From Octopus sinensis (taxonomy: Eukaryota), in NCBI RefSeq assembly GCF_006345805.1, contig NC_043015.1, positions 6,076,001-6,140,000 of the forward strand: a stretch of 64,000 nt of DNA, written 5' to 3'. Both the position numbers and the translations under genes were made by a program. Numbering within the stretch: position 1 is the stretch's first letter; each line of letters begins with the position of its first letter. Positions 29,171 to 43,885 of the stretch are shown piece by piece. Below the pieces are notes generated by a model. The model made no database searches. It was not told the DNA's origin and worked only from the letters and a program-made list of their open reading frames with translations.

Positions 29171-31117
29171 TTTACTATAGCAAGTAATAATCACTCACTA
29201 AGAAAAAAACGATGTTTTCTAAGTGAAATGCGCTTATAAGGTTTATTTCGTGCCTCTAGTTGTACATGAATAAAAATGAAAATATCAATGTACCAACATA
29301 GCAAATATGTTTGAGATTCTCAGACACAATGGTCTTCATTATTTGAAAATATTTATAAATGTTTACCTATAAAATTACGAACACCAATGATGAGAGATTG
29401 CTAGCTGAAGCCAACCGAACTATTTGTACATAGGTGACTACTTTCTCTACTCTTAGATTCAATAAGAATAATATAATTTATTATACATTACCCGATGTGT
29501 CTCTTCTTGCTGCATAAGGTGTGATTTGAGCATCATTTAGCCAGTATTTGTATGCGAACTAGTGACTGTGCAAAGGTTATTTTGCTATCATCCTCAATAG
29601 TTCATAATTTTTTCCATCTTCAAATTCTTTACATAGTTTCGGTTTAGGAACATCTCAAGTGACGAACGGCTTTGAGGAACTCGTTACATTCGTAACACGA
29701 GGTTCCAATGTACACACACACACACACACACACGCACACGTACGCACACACACGAACACACACACACAGGTATTTGGAACATGAGCATATACCTTAATAG
29801 CACTCTGATGTAATCCAGGTCTGGCTTCCTACATTGAAAGACATGTAACATACAGAATTGGTTAAGATGAACGATTTTGCGGGCATATTTATAGCTGTCT
29901 AAGCTCCGAAGACTGCGTAGTACTGTAAACTATGCCTGCCTCTTAGTGCAGTGATCACTGATTTTGTAAAATGCCTAATTTTTATGACTATTCTAGGCTT
30001 TTATTTTAATTCAATTACTATGTTTACTATGGGTTTACTTAAAATCATATCGCTATCCATGATGCGACAATATTTATTATTGTGATGTTCTACATGACGA
30101 CTAGAAATCTCATTATTCTTATGCAGGTTTTGTAATTTATGTTCACTTTTGTTTCAACCTACAACTGTTTGACTCATAATACAAACCGTATTCATATGCT
30201 GTTTTTTTTTTATCATTTTAAGAGGCACAGACTACCTTATCTTTTATATGCAGTTTCAGTTACGACATTATTGTAGTATTTTTGATCAATTTTTAATATC
30301 TCTTCGTTAGTAGATAGTCTAGACATCTAGGGAGACTTTTTAAACTAAAGACTCAGTAATAGTTTCGGATGATTTGGATTTTTGATATATACTTTAAGTT
30401 TTCATTGGGTTTATGGTACAGTGAATATGCTCCCGTACCCAAATCCAAATTTACACTAAGAAAATTAACCTTGCTATGCTAAAATGCAATGGAAATAGAC
30501 AGACCTAGATCTTTATATAATTGAATTAGCTTTTCCCAGGATCTCTCTGGATTCGCTTTACTAGATTTATATTTACTAAAGAGAGCGTCATTACTATATT
30601 ATACGTGCATCCCATCTATGGAAAATCATAATTAATACATTTTGAAATGTAAATTCTCACTATACCAGTCATCTGAGCGGAGTCGCTGGAGCCCTTAATA
30701 ATGTAAAACTTATCAGATCTGTTTTTCTTTAACCAGTATTTTCTTTGAAACTCAATTAAGATTTCTCTCAAGCTTATCTAAAGAAGAAATAAATATTATA
30801 CTAGCTATTATAAAATCTAGTTTCTTACACAACTCAGAATAGCAAACGGTTTAATGCTGATAGCATCAAGATATGATATTTGCAATTTAAGCTTAATTGG
30901 ATATATTATACGAGTAAATTTAATTAATTTTATACGCTAGTGGCCGGATTGCATATTTTCTAATGAGTAAAAATGTTGTAAGAAAAACATCCGAAGAAGG
31001 TAAGCAATCATTGCCCATTCTTACTTGCTTTAAATAAACATCATCTTAAATATATTAAATGTGAGTTGTGGTCAAAAGTAATCATCTAATTAATTTTATT
31101 TATTTGACAGAAATTAA

Positions 31118-31178
<61 letters not shown>

Positions 31179-31464
31179 TTCCTTACTGTCATTGGAGAAA
31201 CAAAATATATAGTGTAAGTAATAAACCAAGTACACTATAATAGTATGCTATATGATAAAATATACTATTTAAAGATTAAAAGCAAGATTGACGGTAGACG
31301 GGTGATAATCTTAGTGCTTTGTAATTGAAAGCATTCTCAATAGTGTAATTTATTTGCCCTGCGGAAAATTTCAACTCGCCGATGGAAATCTTATTGAAAT
31401 TTGAAACTAGTGTAATATAGTGTATACCTGGAATAGTTACATACCCTCTATACATATTTTATAC

Positions 31465-31509
<45 letters not shown>

Positions 31510-31511
<2 letters not shown>

Positions 31512-31671
31512 CGGAGAAGTGGCTGTGTGGTAAGTAGGTTCCTTACGAACCACATGGTTCCCGGTTCAGTCCCACTGCGTGGCACCTTGGGCAAGTGTCT
31601 TGTATTATAGCCTCGGGCCGACCAAAGCTTTATAAGTGGATTTGGTAGACAGAAACTGAAAGAAGCCCATC

Positions 31672-31740
<69 letters not shown>

Positions 31741-31971
31741 GTGTGTGTGTGTGTATGTTTGTGTGTTGTGTTTGCCCCCCCCACCAACATCGCTTGACAA
31801 CCGATGCTGGTGTGTTTACGTCTCCGTAACTTAGCGGTTCGGCAAAAGAGACCGATAGAATAAGTACTAGGCTTACAAAGAATAAGTCCTGGGGACGATT
31901 TCCTCGACTAAAGGCGGTGCTCCAGCATGGCCTCAGTCAAATGATTGAAATAAGTAAATGAGTAATGAGTA
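31510..31971 (+). mobile_element. Family-A SINE
   Basis: Complete head, internal (TA)n(TG)n and tail. Confidence 0.95.
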
Positions 31972-32003
31972 AATATATAGATATATATATATTATATATA
32001 CAT

Positions 32004-32055
<52 letters not shown>

Positions 32056-32590
32056 GCTTATATATGTGTATGCATGTATGTCCGAAAGATGAATACATCA
32101 GGAAAAGTAGTCTATCTTTTTCTATTACATAAGTTATATAATATTTACCCGTGTTTCACTGATTGCGTAGATGATTGCATAATAGTATTGAAAAATAGAC
32201 ATTACTCTTTATCAAGATTTGTAGTTTAGCAGTGCAAAGTTATGAGCACGATAAACTTGACAGAGCATTCTTTATATGACATGAAAAGAAGGAAAACCAT
32301 TAGATTTATTTTATCAGTGAACTAAATATAGAAGAGAAATAACTTTAGTCAGAATGTCTAGGGAAGAAAATTAAGCTTAACATCCTGAGCTACCTTACAT
32401 AGAAAAAGATACAAATTTAACAGAAATAAATGGTTTCGATGGCAAAAGTGATGCCAGCAGGTTTCAAGTTGGCTACAAAGAAATAACAGTACGTATCTAG
32501 TCACTCGTTATTTCTCGTTTCTTACGAGCCTTTTATAGATTGCATAACACTACTTAGTATATATTGTGTTATATATAGTATATATGTACT

Positions 32591-32626
<36 letters not shown>

Positions 32627-32890
32627 GTGTGTGTGTGTGTATGTTTGTGTGTTGTGTTTGCCCCCCCCCACCAACATCGCTTGACAACCGATGCTGGTGT
32701 GTTTACGTCTCCGTAACTTAGCGGTTCGGCAAAAGAGACCGATAGAATAAGTACTAGGCTTACAAAGAATAAGTCCTGGGGACGATTTCCTCGACTAAAG
32801 GCGGTGCTCCAGCATGGCCTCAGTCAAATGATTGAAATAAGTAAATGAGTAATGAGTAAATATATAGATATATATATATTATATATACAT

Positions 32891-32946
<56 letters not shown>

Positions 32947-33481
32947 GCTTATATATGTGTATGCATGTATGTCCGAAAGATGAATACATCAGGAAAAGTA
33001 GTCTATCTTTTTCTATTACATAAGTTATATAATATTTACCCGTGTTTCACTGATTGCGTAGATGATTGCATAATAGTATTGAAAAATAGACATTACTCTT
33101 TATCAAGATTTGTAGTTTAGCAGTGCAAAGTTATGAGCACGATAAACTTGACAGAGCATTCTTTATATGACATGAAAAGAAGGAAAACCATTAGATTTAT
33201 TTTATCAGTGAACTAAATATAGAAGAGAAATAACTTTAGTCAGAATGTCTAGGGAAGAAAATTAAGCTTAACATCCTGAGCTACCTTACATAGAAAAAGA
33301 TACAAATTTAACAGAAATAAATGGTTTCGATGGCAAAAGTGATGCCAGCAGGTTTCAAGTTGGCTACAAAGAAATAACAGTACGTATCTAGTCACTCGTT
33401 ATTTCTCGTTTCTTACGAGCCTTTTATAGATTGCATAACACTACTTAGTATATATTGTGTTATATATAGTATATATGTACT

Positions 33482-33510
<29 letters not shown>
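31734..33510. repeat. Direct tandem duplication, unit about 886-891 bp
   Basis: 31734-32619 matches 32620-33510; the only differences I see are C8 vs C9 and (TA)n length. Confidence 0.97.
32620..32858 (+). mobile_element. Headless family-A SINE half created by the tandem duplication
   Basis: Matches the 3' half of 31510-31971. Confidence 0.93.
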
Positions 33511-33530
<20 letters not shown>

Positions 33531-33656
33531 ATTTATGTATATATATATGTATGTATATATATGTATATATATGTATATATATATATATATACATATATAT
33601 ACACATATGTATATATATGCATATACATATATATATATATGTGATTATATACAAAT

Positions 33657-33707
<51 letters not shown>

Positions 33708-34136
33708 CATACATGCGTATACACATACACACACACATGTTCAATTACACGTGCATGTTTGTGCATGCTCAATTATGCATACTTATACACGTACACAGAG
33801 TTTATAATTATTTCTTCATATACGACAATCGTATACACCTCTAGAAACATAATACGCACATTCTAAGTTTCAATGACAGTTATGATTTACGTTTTAAACA
33901 GAATAAGATTAAAAGATTAGGGATTATGTTATCAATTTATTATTCAGAAGTAATGTGTATTATCTTTTATATTTCCGTCTTGTGAACAGTTTCAGTATAT
34001 ACATATATGTATATATAATACTAACAAAGAAATTTATAGGTAACTACATTGTATTTTTATATAATAGGGATACAGTAATTTTATAGCCTCGGCTTTTGAA
34101 AAGTACTATATTCATATAGTACTATATTCATATAGT

Positions 34137-34506
34137 GGTTACGACGATGAGGGTTCCGGTTGATCCGAATAAACGGAACAGCCTGCTCGTGAAATTAACG
34201 TGTAAGTGGCTCAGCACTCCACAGACACGTGCACCCTTAACGTAGTTCTCGGGGATATTCAGCGTGACACAGAGAGTGACAAGGCCGGCCCCTTGAAATA
34301 CAGGTACAACAGACACAGGAAGTAAGACTGAGAGAAAGTTGTGGTGAAAGAGTACAGCAGGGATCACCACCATCCCCTGCCGGAGTCTCGTGGAGCTTTT
34401 AGGTGTTTTCGCTCAATAAACACTCACAACGCCCGGTCTGGGAATCGAAACCGCGATCCTATAACCGCGAGTCTGCTGCCCTAACCACTGGGCCATTGCG
34501 CCTCCA
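34137..34506 (-). mobile_element. Family-C tRNA-derived SINE with 11-bp TSD
   Basis: TSD attcatatagt at 34126-34136 and 34507-34517. Head tggaggcgcaatggcccagtggttagggc...ggtttcgattccc. Confidence 0.92.
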
Positions 34507-35254
34507 ATTCATATAGTAACGTTAACCTCATTGAACTGAAGAATGAATTTAGCTGTTATTTACTATTTTCATGGTGTCTAATTGTTTTCGTAGAATTTCA
34601 GGGACAAAGCTTTGTGTTTATAAGTGTAAAAGCATTCTTGTTTTAGGGGAACTGATTGAATGTGACCTAGAAATATATGTAGCGTTTTTGTAGATCTTAG
34701 TCTGCATCTCTGCAGGTTTCGGTGTAGGAACGGGCACTTGGGAAGATGTATCTATGCAGTTTCTATTATATATGAAAAGAGTTAAGAATAGAATGCGATT
34801 CACTTATCAAGTCGAATTGCTTTATATTATTCTTGTGTGTGTCTCTAAATTGTAACAGAATTTAATGAAATGATATACGACGTTATTAAGTGTATTTGAA
34901 GATAAAGTTGTCACTGAGGCGCTATTTAAACTGGACAAGTCGAAGTCGTTCTACAGCTACATTTCAATACGTTATTTATTCAAGTTGACTCGTTTCTACA
35001 TGAGATGGCGTTTGTAGGTAGATCCTCCAACAAGACAGCCTATATGGATAACTTGTAAAGCGTTTAAATTCATCAGGTTTTAATGAGTAATTTTAATTGA
35101 TAGTTACTAATATTGATTTCATTCGCTATTCTTCAAATTGGTATACCGACTTATCGTTTATATATGAGTTTAGTGAATACTGTGCCTTCAATTTCGCGAC
35201 CTTGGTAAAAAAAATTCCTTCTACGAGAGTTGCACAACTGAGATTTTATTTAGA

Positions 35255-35660
35255 GTTTAGCATCAAGACATTTCGTACATCTTTACATTCCGAATTCAAA
35301 TTCCGCCATAGTCGACTTTGCCTCTTCATTTCGGAGGTGACTTACCAGCCTGACACTGGTACGATATAATGTAGCTACTTTCCCCAAAATATCAGGCATT
35401 GTGCCTATATTTCAAAGGATATTATTATTTTCCATTTGCTGAAGGCGGCGAGTCGATAGATATATTAGCATGCCGAGCTAAATTCTTTTGCGGAATTTCG
35501 TCTACATTTACGTTCGAGTTCAAATTCCGCCGATGTAGACTTTGCCATTCACTTTTTCGGAGACGATAAAATAAGTACCAGCTGAGCACTGGAGTCGATG
35601 TAATTGACTTAACTTGCTAATCCTAAATTGATGGGCTTGTGCCAAATCTTGAAACCAGTA
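35255..35660 (+). mobile_element. Two degenerate family-B SINE copies
   Basis: ttcaaattccgcc, gtcgactttgcc and ggagtcgatgtaattgact motifs. Confidence 0.75.
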
Positions 35661-36197
35661 TTTAAACCTTAGAGTATTCTATAAGATTTGGTACTGTACA
35701 ATGAGAAAATTTAACAGTGTATTTTCCTAAAAATTCAATGTTATATGTGGTTAGGAGCAAAATTCTTACTTAATGCATTAAAGAGAATTAAGGTATATAT
35801 GTTTCATAGTTTTTAAATGCAGTGTGCTAAACCATGTTACGTTTAATCTTTTTAATATGATATTTCTATTGTTTTCATGCGGTGCAGTAATTCTTATTGG
35901 GAGGATGTCGTAATGCGTGTATATGAAGATATTTTGCTAGAATATCCAATTTTAGACATGTCAGAATTGATTACATTGTTTCTGGTTGCTCGTTTTAAGT
36001 TAGAATTTTAATATTTGTATTAGAATTGTTCTGACCATTTTATTTAAACTTCCTATTAGATGTATGTTCTTATTTTATTATACTATACATTTTAACTCTC
36101 TGCTTAGCTATCTGTTCATTCTCAAGAGGTTCAGATTAAGCAATTTCATTTGTTTTATTAAACTTCTCCGACTGTAAGCTTAACGATTTGTATTTGC

Positions 36198-36239
<42 letters not shown>

Positions 36240-36779
36240 GATTGGATCTGCTTCTAGTTACATTATCATTGTGTTTAATTATATTAGATGTGATTATACT
36301 AGTATTATCACTTATTCCTTTAGTTGCTAAAGTATTTTATGCTTGGAAGGGCAAGTTAAATAATTCTGTAGCGTTTTAATTTATTTCATGTGATTTTCAA
36401 TTGAATATACACTAAATTAAGTGTTGTTTCAATGAGAGGATGCAATATATTGGATCTTATTTTCAAAGTAAACATTAAAAAAAAGCATTTTTGTCATACT
36501 CAGATCTCTTATTGAATAGTTCTATGTTAGAGAAAAATTTGGATATTTCAAGAGAAACAATCTATATAAGATTACGGTGTTGGGTGAATAGAAGTTTTGG
36601 GTTAATGATTAGAATGGTTACATATGTGGACAGGGAAATGTAGATCACATTTCAATTCTAAGCATCAAGAACATTCACCTTTTAATATTCCATGATAAAT
36701 CAGAGGTGCTTAAATTCTTAATGAATGTTTCTTCTACTTAACGGAATCTCTCTATGACGGAACATCTAATATTATTTAC

Positions 36780-36942
36780 TATTTTTGATTATGTCATCAC
36801 AGTCAAAGTTTCCCTCAAGTTCACGCAAAGAAAATCTTATATTATGAGTCAGAAAGGGTACAACAGTATCCGTAACTTGTGCAGGATCCGATGAGCCCGT
36901 CAATAAATCAAGATAGTCTTCTATAGTGGTGCGGGTTGATAA
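36780..36942 (-). CDS. Candidate exon (LSTRTTIEDYLDLLTGSSDPAQVTDTVVPFLTHNIRFSLRELEGNFDCDDIIKN)
   Basis: 163 nt open from an ag acceptor to an A|gtaaat donor; protein-like composition; in phase with the exon ending at 37015 across a 72-nt GT-AG intron. Confidence 0.4.
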
Positions 36943-37014
36943 CTATATATTAAACAGGATAACAAATTTGAAAGTTAAATTATCATTTGCTTTTTCCTTC
37001 ATTAATATACATAC

Positions 37015-37086
37015 TTTTAGAGGTGTACAATAAATATTTGCGAAGAAGAATTTTTGAATTTGAAGCGGAACGGTTGTGGGTTTCAT
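37015..37086 (-). CDS. Candidate upstream coding exon part (MKPTTVPLQIQKFFFANIYCTPLK)
   Basis: Donor AAAA|gtatgt at phase 0; upstream tactaactcag branch/acceptor near 37172. Conflicts with a plus-strand candidate at 37021-37116. Confidence 0.3.
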
Positions 37087-38064
37087 ATTGTACGAAAGAT
37101 ACACGTTATTTTTCTCGTATGTAATAAACCAACCGAGCCGAGAGGTGTGATTAATATATCGTCATGTTTCTTCTGAGTTAGTAAAAAAATGAAAAGGCTG
37201 TTAAATTTTTGCATTGTGACCTTGAATGCCTACGTCATCCTAGAAGCGCTTTCAAAATATACGGAAAAACTCGTTCATTCTTAGATACGGCGGCGCTCTC
37301 TCATTCTCCTGGTTGAACACAACAACAAAATTAAAAAGAATAACAAGAATCATTCGCTGTAAAAAAAATCTAGAAACTAAATTCATCGACCTCAAAAAAG
37401 GCTAGATTGACTGCATTTGAACTCAAAGATCCGGAAACAATGTCACTTTGTAATCTGTTCGACGCTTTAACAACTCGACAGATTTGCCGCTGTCTTAAAA
37501 GTTCTTAAGTAGCTTCAAAGAATAACGCATTTCAAATAGTGGATCTTATTATTTTCTTTATGTTGTTACAATTATTTTCCTTGATAAAAGAAAAGGAACG
37601 AATTTTTATTCTATGACTGTATTTTATTACTTTTCTTCTTAAATAAATTTGTAAATTTATATACTGGTACATACATTTGTACATTTCCTTTATGAATCTA
37701 TAGAAAAATATTTGTGTGAACGTAGTATTAAAAATCTTCATTTATCATCTGTGATTGAAAAAGACATTTGCTTGTAAAATGTATCTAAGCAAACTTTTAT
37801 ATTTTTATTTCCACATAGCCTGTATTGTTTTGACGCGTTAATGTTACGGTAGTAAAACTGCGGTATCCTAAAAGAAATTTTCTTCACAGAAACTATTTTT
37901 TTACTGTAAATAAAAGCATTCATTTGTAAGGAAACACAATTCCAGATGAAATGATTTAATGTACAGTTTTTAGTTTTATCCTTATTAGTTTTAAGTAGAA
38001 GTTTGATCGTAGATAGACTTGTGTGTGTATGTATGAATGTATCTATCTATCTATCTATCTATCT

Positions 38065-38105
<41 letters not shown>

Positions 38106-38261
38106 CGCATATGTAAAGAGTGAGAGGGAGAAATATGGATATAAATTGATACAATAATACATACCAAGAGACAGAAAGGTATGAAGAAAATATTTATTTC
38201 ATAACTTTAAGATGATATTTAGCAATAGTTATTTCCATGCAAAAGATACTCTATTTACCAG

Positions 38262-38343
38262 CTGTGCGATCGGAAACCTATATCGGACTAATGGAATTAT
38301 GCGGCGTTCAGTTGCATAACATTAAAGAGTTCTCTAGACATAC
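38262..38343 (+). CDS. Candidate exon (VRSETYIGLMELCGVQLHNIKEFSRH)
   Basis: ctctatttaccag acceptor and gtattg donor; only one frame open; phase-compatible with 37021-37116 and 38629-38674. Confidence 0.25.
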
Positions 38344-39229
38344 GTATTGAGTTCATAATTCATCGTCTCTGTCAATAAATATTGAGATAAAATGCCATGC
38401 GGCATGTTGATATCCGTTCTCCGAAGTTTGAGTTTTAAAACTCGGGAAAGCCATTTTATGTAAGTTCATTGATTTAGCAAATTAGTCATAAATGTTCAGA
38501 GAAGTGGAGAGGGAAAATTATATGAAGTCCAGATGAGAGTCTTAATAGATTTTGTACACAAAATTATCAACCTACAACGTTGAAATAATATTGTTAAGAG
38601 TTAATGCAATATGCATACTTAATAACAGAATAGGCAGAAAGTGTGCCTATTCGAAGCTCATGACTGCAGTATCGGTAAAAATGTGCAGCTGGGCATATAG
38701 ATTCAGTTTAATGCTCACTTTCCAACACAAGCGTTATAACGCAAAATTGCAAGCAATGTAATAGATATTATGCGTATAGAGTATGTTGACATTATGTGTA
38801 TTTATGTGACTTATCGCTGTTTAAATTTCTCAGTTTTATAAAACTTTATAAAAACGCACACACACAAAAGATTCATAATAATAGATTTTAATTAAATATG
38901 CTTTATATAGAATTATATAGTATATATTAACTTTGCATAGGTTGCAAATGACATAAAGGGAAATAACCTGTACTATGTTTCATGAATGATTACTTCCCTT
39001 TTCCTACTTAATTAATGTTGTGACTTTCCGACATCTATTATCATAGAATATCATGTATGAATCAAATAAGACAAAATGGCAGAACAACTATTATCCTTCA
39101 AAATACAATTGAAAAATTGCGAATTTATTTGCATGAAACCATTTGTATCGTATTAAAAGCACCCAACTATAAAAAAATATCTATCAATATATTGTATATA
39201 CATACATACATAGATACATACATACATAT

Positions 39230-39323
<94 letters not shown>

Positions 39324-41509
39324 ATAAATATTTGCATACATATACTCACACACACACGGTCCCACACATATGAACTGATCGAGCGTATGTATGTTCTAAT
39401 AAAATTTTGAACGTGAAAGATTTGTGGCCGGATAAAAATTTAAGTAGCAAACAAAATTTTTATATCCACTCTTTCTCTTGCAATCTTTAAATACTTCCAT
39501 AAATTGAATTAATAAATATTTATTTATTGTGAACATTTTTATTTCATGTTTAATTATTTATATCACGAAGAATGATATTTTTTCTCGTGATTCGTACGCT
39601 TAGCTGGTAAATCGAATACTGAGCAGAGTTATCGGTTATACTTCGTTGTAAACACATTCTTTCAGATTAAATCGTTGTTTTCATTTACACTTGTAGCGAG
39701 CGGTATTTTTTGCCGGGTTTGTGATGTCGTATTTGTATATCTATTTCTTATTTCGTCAATGCTCTTTGTCTATGCTAAAATAAAAATATATAAAGAAACC
39801 TAAACATTGCTCACTAAATTCATAGATGGTGTGATATAAATACATTTTCCGATCGATTCTTCTCAAAAGAGAATTCCAAATAGATTAAAATAGGATAAGA
39901 TTTGATAACTGGGAATAAATAACCAAAAAAGAAAAAAAAAACCTATAGAGAAAAAATAAAGAAAAACAAATGAAAGTGAGATGCAAGGGTGAGAAGAAAA
40001 TGGAATTTTGCAGAGATATAACCAATAAATAATACACGATTGATAAATGCTTAGAAGCAAAATAGCAGAGCTGATCACATAACGTGATAAGGCAGTGGCT
40101 TTGAAGCAAAGAAAAAAAGTGAGCGGTCAAATTATCAATTTGGTTTTCGTTTTTTGTGTTTTTCTAGTGAATGATGTTTTATTGCAGCATTGAGAGAAAG
40201 AGAAGGAGAGGGAGAAGGAGAGAGAGAGAGAGAGAGAGTGGGTGAGAGAAAGAGAAAAAGATAGATAATACAAGAGGGAGGCTATAATCAGAATGTTGGG
40301 AAAAATTTTTACGCTTAAACATCTAAACATACAGGTCTATATTGAATGTTGTCATATCTTTTGTTTCATCATAGTATAATGTATCATAGAAAATACCATG
40401 TAAGAAAAAAATGTGTAAATAAAAACAAAATAATACACATAAATAAACATATAGAAGTCAAAGAGATGAACAGATTTGATGATGAAACTTTATTATTGAT
40501 ATTATTTCTGTTCTTGTTGTTCTTGATTTATGTACACATAATTTTATTTATTTTTTTTTTTATAAAACGTGGTTTAAAAAATAAGACAAGTTATTGATAT
40601 GCATTCTATTAATTAATTAAACTACGAAATAATCAGCGAAATCTAGAGTATAGTTCTGTGGATGTTCGGACGCGAACTCATTCATATTACATTTCGTATC
40701 ATATACTTTATTGAGGGCATAGACGAATAAAAAGCTCCATGCTCGTATTAAAAAGTCTCTGTTACTAGAAAGGGAAAAGAAACGTATAAAAATAAATCTT
40801 TGTCTATTTTCAGCTCGGAGAAATAGACAGACACATCAGAAAGTTTGGATTCCCTTAATAACACACAATGGTCATGAGGTGTTGAATTGGATGAAAAGCT
40901 AGGATTATCACTCAGCCATTCACATTTTGATACGCGTAAACGTAAACGTAATTTTCTCCTGCTCTATTTTCATCTGAAATGGAGACTATGATAGGAGAGC
41001 AATCCATGAAATGAAAATACAAAGTTAGATAAAAAGAGGTGGAACCAATTGGGAGTATTTTGGAAGTGTTTTTGTCAGGCAAGTGATTTGACCTGCGTCC
41101 GTGCTCTAAAACAAAAACAAATTAATAACTGAAAGGCCCATTAATCATTTTAAAAAAGACATTAAGAGCCTTAATTTCATCGTAACGACTGCGATGTGGT
41201 CAATAAAGGTTTTGAAGCCAACTAGTAAAGCTAAAGTAACTTTATAGAATTTAACCAGAAACTATATGATAAAGAATTGGGGACCTTAACCGCAAAGCTT
41301 TAATCGATACTCTCACATAAAGATATAGAATATTTTCATGACTTCGTTAGTAGATCAACTACAGGATACTTAACTATTTTCAATGTCATAATACTAAAGT
41401 CTAATTTTAGTAACCATAGTATATGACGCAATTGTCCAACGGTTAAGTACAGTAATACCGTGATGTAAGCCTATCTCATGTTATACTTATGTAAATTAAA
41501 GATGTTCTA

Positions 41510-41720
41510 AATATTGGCTTCCCATTTTGGCACAAAGCCAGCATGTTCGGGTGAGGAGGGAAGTCGATTATATCGAGCCCGGTGGTACATATTTCATTGA
41601 CTTCAAAAGGATGAAGGCAAAGTACACCCCGGCGGAATTTGATCTCAGAAAAAAAAACATGAAAAAATGCCGTGAAACAATTGGCCCGGGGTGCTAACGA
41701 TTCTGTCCGATCACTGTCTT
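41510..41720 (-). mobile_element. Degenerate family-B SINE
   Basis: Plus strand shows aaaggatgaaggcaaagt...ggcggaatttga...gtgctaacgattctg, the reverse complement of the family-B head and body. Confidence 0.75.
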
Positions 41721-42122
41721 AAATTTTAACAGTAATGTTATTGTTTAAAACACTGAACGTAAGCTGAACAACGACAGCTGAACAAAAATATAGGACACTG
41801 AATATATCAAATGGAATATTGGGGCAGAGGATGTGTCCTGGGAAATAGGTAGAGTAGCAATTTAGTTATATTAGAAGAATACATAAAAATAATACACCAT
41901 CCATCCATCTATCTATCCATCCATCCATCCAACTATCCAATTATCTAGCTATCTATCCATCTATCTATCTATCTCTCTATCTCTCTATACATATATATAT
42001 GCACATACATAGAGATAGTAACAGTTTCATGTTGCTTGTTGCTTGCCACTACGACATACGTTGGCTGGAAATATTGCTTTTGCTTTTAATAATATCAGTT
42101 TGATATGTTGCTATGGACTCAC

Positions 42123-42204
42123 ATCTGTCAAACCGAATCCAACTTCCTAGATTCATATCCCGTGATGCCATTCTAGATCTGACGCCAACGTTTGTGTTAT
42201 GTGT
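42123..42204 (-). CDS. Candidate exon (THNTNVGVRSRMASRDMNLGSWIRFDR)
   Basis: cgtttttgtacttctag acceptor and T|gtgagt donor; only phase 0 open. Confidence 0.3.
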
Positions 42205-42501
42205 CTAGAAGTACAAAAACGGAGCCATAATATATAGTATGTACACTACATCAATACTACTATAAAAGTTTCTGTATAATTATTACATACGAGAATTTTT
42301 GAAACGAAATCTTAGTTTTATGTTGTTCATATCTATTTCTAGTTCAGAAAAATCCGTAAACGTCATACAAGCTGACAATCAATGTTCGTATATATGTATT
42401 TGAGTATGTCTGTGTGTGTAGTTGTGTAGTTTCTATGTACGTACGAATAAATATGTGTAGTTGTATTCGGAATTATATACATGGGCACATTTACATATAT
42501 G

Positions 42502-42580
<79 letters not shown>

Positions 42581-42598
42581 CACATATATATATATGTA

Positions 42599-42672
<74 letters not shown>

Positions 42673-43885
42673 TATACAAACACACACTCACACATACATG
42701 CATACAAGCATACATACTAACATATATATATGTACATATATTTGTAAATATGTAGAAGTAAATATACGTCTTTTATACGTATACACATGCGCACACACAA
42801 ACACACATATATACTTAATACGCATACAAGCGTATATATAAACATTTACACAACTACATTCACGTATGTGTATACGTGGGTTTATGTATGTGTGTGCCTG
42901 TGTATGAGGGACATTTGCAGTTAAATTTATATTTGGGCAAACTCAACGTAATCTTTGAATGGATTTTTCCTTTGGAAATAAACTATTCTGTCTGCTGTAT
43001 AGTGCTTCTGCAGTGCAAATATAATCTTAGCTTACTGTTGTTTGAACACATTTAAAATGTCAAACAACAACGGCTCAATAATGTTATTTCAAGCATTCTT
43101 TCAATGTAATCCAAGAGTTCACTTTTATCCATTAGAGTTCAACGCTAGGCTGAATAGATGAAATCATAAACATTATTCTTTCATATTACTGAAGCATAAT
43201 GTATTAAACTGCTCCTATATATTCAATAAGGAAGTAGAAAAATATAGTATTGATTTATTTCTGTTGTTTAACACAACGCTAATTATATATGTATGTATGT
43301 ACGTACGGGTATGTATATATGAGTGTGGATCACTCGCTCTATTTCAGTATATGTGCGTATGTGTACAGAGATGTGTTTGTGCAAGCAGAAAGAGTAGGAT
43401 ATATTTATTGTTAGCTCTTATTTTATCGATCGTGGATTCGGGTTAGATTTTAAGTTTGACCTCTTGTAGGCTATGAAATCTGAAACATGAAGCACCAGTT
43501 AAAAATATTATAAATTATTCAAACGATCTCTGTGCATTCTGAGAGAAGCTAGCTGAGTGAGGGTAGGATAATATATTCTTAAAGCAAATAAATATTTTGC
43601 GTTTTAGCTTAAAATCGGTTAACCATTTTTATGAACGGTTTACTTGAAGCTCAATATTGCTAACTTACTGTTTGCATTGGTGCTTAGTTCCATTTCGTTT
43701 AAATGAGTTACTGGCTAACAAAGAAGCATCAACATAAATTATTAATTCATGGGTGAAATATCAGATCTGTGTCCTTTGTATTGTGTTCGCAACAGAATCT
43801 GGAAACAGTAAGCCATATCAACAGTGCTGCATACGCTTCCCTATACACATAATCAACTATTCAGCAGTGCATTATAAATTTCAGC

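Noticed and set aside
34436-34506. tRNA-like sequences here and at other SINE heads
   Set aside because: They have A/B boxes but continue into SINE bodies with TSDs, so they are not tRNA genes.
35878-36012. Short ORF MRCSNSYWEDVVMRVYEDILLEY...
   Set aside because: No convincing donor or homology; ORFs of this length are expected by chance in this window.
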